Source: a virus. From it: DNA of 64,000 nucleotides. The notes beneath the pieces are model-generated. The model saw only the letters and a list, made by a program, of their open reading frames with translations. It was not told the DNA's origin and searched no databases. Positions 57,810 to 64,000 of this stretch are shown in pieces. Position 1 is the first letter of the stretch; each line of letters begins with the position of its first letter. The position numbers and the translations under genes were made by a program. Location of the stretch: IMG/VR virus record IMGVR_UViG_3300045988_126562; one strand, 5' to 3'.

Positions 57810-58136
57810 TTAAACTCTCCTGACTATCAATCCACCATTTTTGAATACTGGTTCCCCTTGAGGAGCTTCTTGAGGACCTCCTGCACCACCTGCCATTTGT
57901 TGGATTAATTGTAAAAATCCTTCACACACAGCTAATGCTAATTGACCATCTCCTGCTTGTAATGCTTGCTGTGCCATTTGAGCTAGCTGCATAATTGGAT
58001 CTCCTCCTGCATCTGGACCAGCTGCTGGAGCTGGAGCACCTGTAGGTTGTCCTGCTGGAGCAGCCATTCCTTGTTCTTGTGGAGTGGGAGCTGCCCCTCC
58101 TTCTTGAAATTTTGCTACTTTTGAATTAATTTTCAT
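57810..58136 (-). CDS. Small Ala/Gly/Pro/Gln-rich low-complexity protein, first gene of the giant operon
   Basis: The start is moved from 58202 to ATG 58136 (MKINSKVAKFQEGGAAP). The -7 promoter box abuts 58202, and the new N-terminus aligns with that of the 624-aa protein. The gene is locally GC-rich. Confidence 0.5.
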   Translation of the reverse strand: MKINSKVAKFQEGGAAPTPQEQGMAAPAGQPTGAPAPAAGPDAGGDPIMQLAQMAQQALQAGDGQLALAVCEGFLQLIQQMAGGAGGPQEAPQGEPVFKNGGLIVRRV

Positions 58137-58203
58137 TTTTACATGATTTAATATGTTAGTACTAACTATCGAATTATTCAATAGCTCGATCATTGTAATC
58201 ATG

Positions 58204-58234
58204 CAAAATTACGTAGAAATATTTCAAAAACAAA
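58204..58234 (-). promoter_or_regulatory. Bacteroides-type sigma-A promoter for the giant-ORF operon
   Basis: The minus strand reads TTTG (58234-58231), a 19-nt spacer, then TAATTTTG (58211-58204). This is an exact match to TTTG-N19-21-TAnnTTTG. Confidence 0.65.
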
Positions 58235-58278
58235 AAGAACAGTAGTAAACTAACGGTTAAGCCAATATAGCACTATAG

Positions 58279-58326
58279 AAAAAAAATAAGGGTGACACTT
58301 AGAAATTATATCCTAAATATCACCCT
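58279..58326 (-). terminator. Rho-independent terminator ending the accessory-gene block
   Basis: The minus strand reads AGGGTGA (58326-58320), a loop, TCACCCT (58295-58289), then TA plus T8 (58286-58279). It lies directly after the stop at 58337. Confidence 0.75.
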
Positions 58327-58336
58327 ATAAAGGTGA

Positions 58337-58945
58337 CTAAAACAATTTATCATATATTTCAATTACCTTTTTTATAAGTTCTTCCACAGAACCATTATTA
58401 TCAATTATAAAATCAAATTTATTATAGTCATCCAAATCTATCTCAGATTTGTGATTATCATTATTATGAGTATTTCTGTTTACTCTGATAAGGATACCTC
58501 CCTTATTTTTTATATGGTCAGCTTCATTCTGATACCTAACATCAGTAACGATCCAATTATCTTTTTTTGCCTGATAGTCAGTCATTAAGGCCTTAATCCA
58601 AATATCCTCTCCTAGAGAACTACGAAAAGACTCTCCTATTTTTTGTAGTACTTCTCTATTTGTGATGCCAGTAATAGGATCAATACTTTTTTTGAAACTT
58701 TCCCTTTCATAATCTTCTACGTAATGGGAGCACAAAATTGAAGTTATTTCTTTTAGCTTGCCAGCAAAAGACTTTAGTTCAAATCTGGCTGTTGTTGGAA
58801 TGAGTTCACTATCACGATACTGCTTTACATAATCTTCTAAAGAAATAAAATGTCTATTAGAGTTTCTATATATATCTATTAATATTAAAATATTTCCTAT
58901 AGTGTTCTTTCCACATTGCTTTTTGCCAGATATACCTACTATCAT
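58337..58945 (-). CDS. Deoxynucleoside monophosphate kinase-like P-loop protein
   Basis: 202 aa with an N-terminal GISGKKQCGKNT P-loop, REVLQKIGE..R and VTDVRYQNEADHIKNKGGILIRVNR, as in phage dNMP kinases. Confidence 0.65.
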   Translation of the reverse strand: MIVGISGKKQCGKNTIGNILILIDIYRNSNRHFISLEDYVKQYRDSELIPTTARFELKSFAGKLKEITSILCSHYVEDYERESFKKSIDPITGITNREVLQKIGESFRSSLGEDIWIKALMTDYQAKKDNWIVTDVRYQNEADHIKNKGGILIRVNRNTHNNDNHKSEIDLDDYNKFDFIIDNNGSVEELIKKVIEIYDKLF

Positions 58946-59370
58946 ACAATCAGAGTCTTAACAATTTCAGAAACCATCTTTCCATCTGCTGCTGGAAAAT
59001 TGGATTTTATATCTTTAATAACAGAACCCATTTCCTTTTTCTCTATGTGATGATAATTGTTATCCTCTAGCCAGTCTAAAATATCTTCTTTAGTTGGCTC
59101 TTCTGGAATTAATTCCTTTAGGTATATAAGTTCTATATTTTCTAAATCAGCTAAGTCCTTTCTTCCAGCGTCAGTGTATTGTTGAATAGAATCCTCTCTT
59201 TGCTTAATCATTCTCTTTAGCAAAGATATTTCTGCAATTTCATCATACGGTTTGGCATTTTTAGCAGTTTTAAATGCTTGAATTTCAGACTTTATAGCTC
59301 TATAAGTTTTAACTTTCCCCTGCTGTTTATCCTTCATTGCTTGAAGGATCATTAAATCAATGTTCATCAT
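58942..59370 (-). CDS. GatB/YqeY-domain protein
   Basis: 142 aa. AMKDKQQGKVKTYRAIKSEI..LLKRMIKQREDSIQQYTDAGRKDLADLENIELIYLKELIPE...MGSVIKDIK matches the YqeY domain pattern. Confidence 0.7.
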   Translation of the reverse strand: MMNIDLMILQAMKDKQQGKVKTYRAIKSEIQAFKTAKNAKPYDEIAEISLLKRMIKQREDSIQQYTDAGRKDLADLENIELIYLKELIPEEPTKEDILDWLEDNNYHHIEKKEMGSVIKDIKSNFPAADGKMVSEIVKTLIV

Positions 59371-59857
59371 ACCTGTTTAATATTTTAATTGCTTTATTAA
59401 CATTATCTTCAGTTAATCCCACTCTAAAATCAGTTTGGATAAAATTGTCTAATTGTGTAGGTAGCATATCACAGTCGTCATCCAATATACAATAAGATAA
59501 TACGTTTTTCTGGGCGTCTAAATAATTTTGTATTTCAAATCCCCTATATCTGGTTTGACTTATTCCTGTTATTCCAAAGATCTCATTGCTAATGCCCACC
59601 ATTTTAAATAATTCCTTTAAATCAGAATCAAATCTCCAACTAGAGGATACTATTAATTTACATCCCGTTTCTTTAAATATCTTATTAAGCCTTTTTATAG
59701 CTTCTGGATCAAAATTAGACAGTTTATATACCATCTGCCCTGATATACTTGGATTTTCCTCATGTATTTTGAGCATTCTATCATTTTGAGATATTTCTGT
59801 GTAGAATGCTTCACTATTCAGAACTCCATCCACATCTAAAAATAGATACTTATTCAC
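59357..59857 (-). CDS. HAD-superfamily phosphatase (HAD_SAK-like)
   Basis: 166 aa with motif I FLDVDGVLN, motif II VSSSWR and a late acidic motif CILDDD. Confidence 0.65.
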   Translation of the reverse strand: MNKYLFLDVDGVLNSEAFYTEISQNDRMLKIHEENPSISGQMVYKLSNFDPEAIKRLNKIFKETGCKLIVSSSWRFDSDLKELFKMVGISNEIFGITGISQTRYRGFEIQNYLDAQKNVLSYCILDDDCDMLPTQLDNFIQTDFRVGLTEDNVNKAIKILNRYDEH

Positions 59858-59863
59858 GTGATA

Positions 59864-60640
59864 TTAGTTGTTTTTTATTTCGTTGTAAGCTTGGTCTTCC
59901 AATTCTGGTGTGACGTCTTCAAGACGAATGCCTTTCATACAAGGACAGTTTTTCCATTGAATATCATAATCACAAGAAAGTAAAAGTAAATCAGTATTAT
60001 CAGCATTAACGGCCATAATCCAATTATCGGAAGCTGTCTCTACTTCAACACAGTCAATTGCCCTTGTGGGTTTAGGTATCCATCCATTATTAATCTCGTA
60101 GTACCATAAAAGACAAGTACTAAAATATCTTCCAGTAAGAACATTATCTTTATGCTCAAATAGTCCTCCACTCCAACAAACAGGGCTTTTATTTTCAGTC
60201 CATTCTTTAGTGGCAAAACTATACTTACCAGTAGCTCGCTTAGTGAAAGCTCCATTATAATGAATACTACCATCTGGCTCCTTGAAAACATCACTTTTAC
60301 GCTTGTTTTGACAAGTACCATCTGCACTTATTTGTTCCCATTCATCATCGGTAAATCTAAGGGGACTAATAATATCCCAATTGCAAAGCCTTTTAACAAG
60401 ATTAATCTCCCAGGGAGCTGACATTCCAGAGTTACCATGAGAACTAAATACAGCTATAGCTTCGAGAACTTGTTGGTACATCCAATCATTTGGACCACCT
60501 TCTCCTCCATATCCAGCTAGTTTAAGCTCTTTTATTGCGTGTTGACAAAGATTACTTTCTCTAATAATACGTTGAAGAACTTTTTTATTAATAAGTTCTT
60601 TCTTTTGCTGCTTCTTAATATATCGTTTACTATGTTTCAT
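59864..60640 (-). CDS. Hypothetical protein
   Basis: 258-aa ORF with a basic N-terminus and many Trp/Cys residues. No motif recognised. Confidence 0.4.
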   Translation of the reverse strand: MKHSKRYIKKQQKKELINKKVLQRIIRESNLCQHAIKELKLAGYGGEGGPNDWMYQQVLEAIAVFSSHGNSGMSAPWEINLVKRLCNWDIISPLRFTDDEWEQISADGTCQNKRKSDVFKEPDGSIHYNGAFTKRATGKYSFATKEWTENKSPVCWSGGLFEHKDNVLTGRYFSTCLLWYYEINNGWIPKPTRAIDCVEVETASDNWIMAVNADNTDLLLLSCDYDIQWKNCPCMKGIRLEDVTPELEDQAYNEIKNN

Positions 60641-60642
60641 AA

Positions 60643-61035
60643 TTAGATGTTATATCGTCTTTTTATATTCTGAGCTGTTCCACTGTTCCATCTGCAATCC
60701 TTTACGAATGCAATGTCGAAATCAGAATCTCTAGTCATGGCTGAGTCTCTTTCTTCGTCAGACTTAAATCCTCCACGGAAATCCACTAAATCTAATATAA
60801 CCCTTGTATTCGCCTCTGGAATATTTCTTGGCTTATTAAACATGTGGTAAATTGTTATATGGCATATATCCTTGTTGAATATATAGTCCATTGCAAACTT
60901 ATCTACCCCACAGCAGTCACCTATTACAAACTTAGCCTCATCATCCTCTCTTATAGCCTTGTCTATAATTGGAGTATAATATTTCTCAAAGTCCTCATAA
61001 GAAAGGTTTCTGTGCCCACTTATAAAATATATCAT
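60643..61035 (-). CDS. SLOG-superfamily (DUF2493/YpsA-like) protein
   Basis: 130 aa. YFISGHRN...AKFVIGDCCGVDKFAMDY...ERDSAMTRDSDFDIAFV...SGTAQNIKR follows the DUF2493 layout (G.R...hG...GaD..A...Rn..m...d..iaF...s.GT). Confidence 0.5.
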   Translation of the reverse strand: MIYFISGHRNLSYEDFEKYYTPIIDKAIREDDEAKFVIGDCCGVDKFAMDYIFNKDICHITIYHMFNKPRNIPEANTRVILDLVDFRGGFKSDEERDSAMTRDSDFDIAFVKDCRWNSGTAQNIKRRYNI

Positions 61036-61051
61036 TTTATTTTATGTTTAA

Positions 61052-61435
61052 TTATAATTGAAAATTTGAATTAAAAATAGATAAGGCTTCTGATAGACAG
61101 GCTATAAAAGTAGTCTTTTCCCTAAAATTCCAGGAATCTCTAGGAAACCAACTACCATCATCCTCTCCCAATATTATAGTATAATATGTTTTATAAAATT
61201 TATCATATATTATAACAATTCCTCCTTCATAAGCTACAAGACTATAAGCTCTTACAAACCTATCATCCTCATAATATCTAATGATAGAATTGCAACGCTC
61301 TGAAGCTCTTTTATAAGATTTACATTTCTTAGTTTCAAAAGCACTATAAATGATTATGTCTTCACCATTACGTTCTGGATTTAAAGCACTGGTATCTTTT
61401 ATTATTACATTTTCTACCTCTTCATTTAATTCCAT
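61052..61435 (-). CDS. Hypothetical protein
   Basis: 127-aa ORF whose start overlaps the end of the upstream gene by 10 nt. Confidence 0.4.
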   Translation of the reverse strand: MELNEEVENVIIKDTSALNPERNGEDIIIYSAFETKKCKSYKRASERCNSIIRYYEDDRFVRAYSLVAYEGGIVIIYDKFYKTYYTIILGEDDGSWFPRDSWNFREKTTFIACLSEALSIFNSNFQL

Positions 61436-61842
61436 TCTACTTTATACTTAGTATTATTTTCGTCATAGTAATAAATTTCAATTCCTTGAAATACTAAAAA
61501 TGAATATTCATTTCTGCTTGCTAGACAACTTTGTATTTCACTTCTTTCTTTAGAAATATAAAATTCACAATCTAACAAATCCATAAATACATTATATTCT
61601 ACTTCAGATAGTCCAATATATTCTCCTGGATATTCTTTTTCATAGTTATCAAAGCATATACCCCAATGGTCTTTAAGAGGTTTTAATTTATTTAATATAC
61701 TTACATACTTAACAACCTTTTCTATCTCGGATTCGTTACAGATGAAATCATATGTAGTATTTCCGTTAGCATCTCCTATCATATAATTAAATATTACATG
61801 ATAATAAGGAGTTTGATTCTTTATAGGGATTAATTTTATCAT
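61426..61842 (-). CDS. Hypothetical protein
   Basis: 138-aa ORF with ATGA coupling to the Sir2 gene. Confidence 0.4.
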   Translation of the reverse strand: MIKLIPIKNQTPYYHVIFNYMIGDANGNTTYDFICNESEIEKVVKYVSILNKLKPLKDHWGICFDNYEKEYPGEYIGLSEVEYNVFMDLLDCEFYISKERSEIQSCLASRNEYSFLVFQGIEIYYYDENNTKYKVEWN

Positions 61843-62513
61843 AATTTTTGGATTAATTGTTTCATTCCTTCTGTAGCAGTAGCTTTGATAACTTCAATAT
61901 CAAGATATTCAGGAGTGGGAGCAGGATTAGGGTCAATATAATAAATGGGAACTCCGTACTCTACATATTGTACTAGGCCAGCAGCCGGATATACGTTAAA
62001 ACTAGTTCCAATAACTACGCAAATGTCAGCATCTAATAATTCTTTAGAAGCAAGCTCAATATTGGGAACATCCTCTCCAAATAATACAATGTGAGGTCTT
62101 ACTTTATGTCCTCTAATTTCAGTTTCCGGTGTAATATCATCTAAGTACTCAAAATATAAATTATCATCGTCTATTGCCCTTACTTGGTTTAGATTACCAT
62201 GTAAGTGAATTATGTTAGTAGAGCCAGCTTGCTCATGCAAAGTATCTACATTCTGAGTTATAACTACCACATTATAATCCTTCTCTAACTCAGCTATGAT
62301 TTTATGGGCATCATTTGGCTTACATCCTGCATATTTCTTCCTAAGCTCGTTCATAAAGTTATATACTACATCAGGATGTTCCACTATAGCTCTATGAGTA
62401 GCTATATCTTCTACTTTATGATTTTCCCAAAGACCTGTTACTGCATCCCTAAATGTTGGGATTCCAGATTCTGCTGAAATACCCGCTCCTGTTAAAAATA
62501 CTATTTTCTTCAT
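61839..62513 (-). CDS. Sir2-family NAD-dependent deacylase/ADP-ribosyltransferase-like protein lacking zinc-ribbon cysteines
   Basis: 224 aa with GAGISAESGIPTFR, TQNVDTLH, the catalytic His in IHLHGN, RPHIVLFGE and VIGTSFNVYPAA. No CxxC pairs occur between the His and RPHIV. Confidence 0.8.
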   Translation of the reverse strand: MKKIVFLTGAGISAESGIPTFRDAVTGLWENHKVEDIATHRAIVEHPDVVYNFMNELRKKYAGCKPNDAHKIIAELEKDYNVVVITQNVDTLHEQAGSTNIIHLHGNLNQVRAIDDDNLYFEYLDDITPETEIRGHKVRPHIVLFGEDVPNIELASKELLDADICVVIGTSFNVYPAAGLVQYVEYGVPIYYIDPNPAPTPEYLDIEVIKATATEGMKQLIQKL

Positions 62514-62803
62514 ATTTTAATTGTTTTGACAAAGTCAGCACTGTTAGCTAATTCATATACTACTTGTTTAGATTCTGGCACATAAACAATATAATAATAA
62601 TCACAAAAGGAATTACAATCTTCTATTCCTATTATAATTCCTTGTAGTCCTTTATCTGTAGTACATTCCTTCCCTAAATAGTCAATACTCTTATCCCACT
62701 TTATAGATTTAAGAAATTCTTCTGCATCCTTACTAAAGTATTGACAATCCTCTACAGGACCTCTTCCATAAATATCCTTTTCTACAGTTCTCTTAATTAT
62801 CAT
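62510..62803 (-). CDS. Hypothetical protein
   Basis: 97-aa ORF with ATGA coupling on both sides. Confidence 0.4.
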   Translation of the reverse strand: MIIKRTVEKDIYGRGPVEDCQYFSKDAEEFLKSIKWDKSIDYLGKECTTDKGLQGIIIGIEDCNSFCDYYYIVYVPESKQVVYELANSADFVKTIKI

Positions 62804-62979
62804 TTTATTTTCAATTTTACCATTATTTCATCCCATAATAGCAAATAACTTTCCCAATAGTCGTTAAAGTCAAAGTAGTACCAACTCATTTGAATATACC
62901 ATATGAACAAATATATAAAAAATATTATTATCCATACAGGAATTAATAAGACTCTAATAAAAAGTTTTAAAGTTTTCAT
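62800..62979 (-). CDS. Small single-pass membrane protein (59 aa), absent from the ORF track
   Basis: Hand translation of the minus strand gives MKTLKLFIRVLLIPVWIIIFFIYLFIWYIQMSWYYFDFNDYWESYLLLWDEIMVKLKIK. Its ATG (62979-62977) overlaps the upstream TGA, and its TGA (62802-62800) overlaps the downstream ATG. It exactly fills an otherwise empty 172-nt gap. Confidence 0.6.
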   Translation of the reverse strand: MKTLKLFIRVLLIPVWIIIFFIYLFIWYIQMSWYYFDFNDYWESYLLLWDEIMVKLKIK

Positions 62980-63278
62980 TTCTCCAATTTGTGAACTAAT
63001 CCATATACATTTTTAGTCCATCCATTCATATGGCCTTTATTATTTCCTATGAGACAACCTTTTTTAGGGTTAATGGCATACACTTTATGAGTAAAGCAAC
63101 TTCCTTTTACTTTGCAAAATACTACGTCACCTACTTTGCACTGTTCCCATGTAATAGGAGTAAGCAAATGCTCCTCATTACTTTTGTATAATGGAAGCAT
63201 AGAATTTCCTGGCTCCTTAGTTATAAATGATTCACCGTTCAGAAGCCTAGTTATTTTGTTAAACGTATTGGGATTCAT
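62976..63278 (-). CDS. S24 (LexA/UmuD/signal-peptidase-like) serine peptidase domain protein without an HTH domain
   Basis: GNSMLP (the G-[DN]-S-M-x-P Ser motif), GDVVFCKV and THKV. Start chosen at ATG 63278, 1 nt after the Nudix stop. The ORF-track start at 63302 overlaps the Nudix gene by 23 nt. Confidence 0.5.
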   Translation of the reverse strand: MNPNTFNKITRLLNGESFITKEPGNSMLPLYKSNEEHLLTPITWEQCKVGDVVFCKVKGSCFTHKVYAINPKKGCLIGNNKGHMNGWTKNVYGLVHKLEK

Positions 63279-63279
63279 C

Positions 63280-63804
63280 TTATAACTTTCTAAACATTTC
63301 AAATATTAGCTTGTCATGCCCAAACGCCCAATCATATTTGTTAACATCAGCTAGGGGAATCCAAGCTAAGTCATCACATTCGTCCTTCTCAGAAAATACT
63401 TTAGATAGTTGAGGTTTAAAATGAAATCTAATTAGTCCAGCATAATAAAAAGTAATATTCTGAAGTACATCATCCTCAGGATTGCTATTAAATCCCTTGA
63501 AATCCAGATGTAAATCATAGTAAGAATCTCCTACTTGTAAACTAGTTTCCTCCAATAATTCTCTCGCTGCTGCTTCTTGTACGGTTTCGTTATAATCTAC
63601 ATATCCGCAAGGGCAACACCATTTTCCTATGTTATTAGGGCATCCTGGACCTCTTTTTACCGCCGCTACACACCACTCATCATTCATGTTAGAGAATACA
63701 AATATAGCTGTAGCACAGGAACGGCTATGCCAAACTGTCTTCCCTTTCATGTTTTCTCCATCTACTATAATATCCTCTGTTATTTTAATTGGAAAATTTT
63801 TCAT
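63280..63804 (-). CDS. Nudix hydrolase
   Basis: The Nudix box GYVDYNETVQEAAARELLEETSL fits G-x5-E-x7-R-E-U-x-E-E-x-(G/S)-U. 174 aa. Confidence 0.8.
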   Translation of the reverse strand: MKNFPIKITEDIIVDGENMKGKTVWHSRSCATAIFVFSNMNDEWCVAAVKRGPGCPNNIGKWCCPCGYVDYNETVQEAAARELLEETSLQVGDSYYDLHLDFKGFNSNPEDDVLQNITFYYAGLIRFHFKPQLSKVFSEKDECDDLAWIPLADVNKYDWAFGHDKLIFEMFRKL

Positions 63805-64000
63805 TTATATAGATTATTTTTTCTGATTATTAACTGTGCCTCTTCTGGAACATATGGAGAAATGATTTTATTCTCTTTTATCATATTTCTAATTTTAGTA
63901 GAACTTATATCTATAAATTTTAAATGGGTATCGCAAATACATTTATTGCCCAAGCTTCTAATGCTAGATAATTAGCGTTATCATATCCATATTGTGCTCC
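63801..64000 (-). pseudogene. NadD-like NMN/NaMN adenylyltransferase, C-terminal part, frame-interrupted and cut by the window edge
   Basis: One frame (63971-63801) ends ...FIDISSTKIRNMIKENKIISPYVPEEAQLIIRKNNLYK*. This aligns residue-for-residue in spacing with the NadD C-terminus (ISATxIR ... P-E ... I ... LY[RK]-end). The upstream part (64000-63920) is open in a different frame (GAQYGYDNANYLALEAWAINVFAIPI*). The stop overlaps the Nudix ATG (ATGA). Confidence 0.45.

Noticed and set aside
60040-60327. 95-aa minus-strand ORF nested in the 258-aa gene
   Set aside because: It is a different frame of the same strand, fully contained in the longer ORF, which is tightly spaced with both neighbours.
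63918-63924. Canonical programmed -1 frameshift on the heptamer T_TTA_AAA in the NadD-like gene
   Set aside because: The heptamer is phased with the downstream frame, not with the incoming frame that needs to shift. A one-base homopolymer indel (error or mutation) explains the break more simply.
1-64000. Stop-codon reassignment (TAG or TGA recoding), as reported in some crAss-like lineages
   Set aside because: ORFs of up to 3181 codons are uninterrupted under the standard code, and gene ends coincide with terminators or coupled starts, so recoding is not needed.
1-64000. tRNA genes, CRISPR arrays, a diversity-generating retroelement, integrase or transposase
   Set aside because: The few non-coding gaps (1290-1529, 3595-3706, 7368-7495, 58203-58336) show no cloverleaf or T-loop (GTTCRA) features. 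I saw no spaced direct repeats, reverse-transcriptase (YxDD) ORF or recombinase-like ORF. This is eye inspection only, so short elements could be missed.

Overview
Visibly AT-rich window that reads as a contiguous segment of a crAss-like (Crassvirales) phage genome, probably with a Bacteroidota host. It falls into three blocks. (1) 1-25947, plus strand, virion module. It holds glycine-rich and collar-domain tail fibres, a small Cys-rich gene set and a DUF5675-like protein. Scaffold and HK97-type major capsid protein follow under a textbook Bacteroides promoter (TTTG-N19-TAACTTTG). Then come connector-sized proteins, two huge tail proteins (1324 and 1600 aa), a putative ejection protein and a DUF192 protein. 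(2) 25997-58136, minus strand, converging on block 1 at a bidirectional terminator. This is a 32-kb, seven-gene operon of giant ORFs (108, 1517, 624, 2793, 3181, 977, 1493 aa). It contains the crAss-type virion RNA polymerase (DFDID catalytic loop) plus embedded P-loop kinase-like, SF1 helicase, PD-(D/E)xK nuclease and HExxH modules, again behind a canonical Bacteroides promoter. (3) 58337-64000, minus strand: tightly coupled small accessory genes with an NAD/ADP-ribose theme (dNMP kinase, YqeY, HAD phosphatase, SLOG/DUF2493-like, Sir2, S24 peptidase, Nudix, NadD-like fragment). I recognised no tRNA, rRNA, CRISPR, integrase/transposase, portal or terminase, and the standard genetic code suffices. 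The most interesting observations are: the enzyme modules hidden inside the giant ORFs; a shared N-terminal K-x-Q-x-G-G motif on putative cargo proteins; the NAD-themed accessory cluster with a frame-interrupted NadD-like gene abutting a Nudix gene; a G9 tract positioned to switch the N-terminus of a fibre-module protein; and a 59-codon membrane ORF missing from the ORF track. All family assignments come from motif reading and recall, not from searches.
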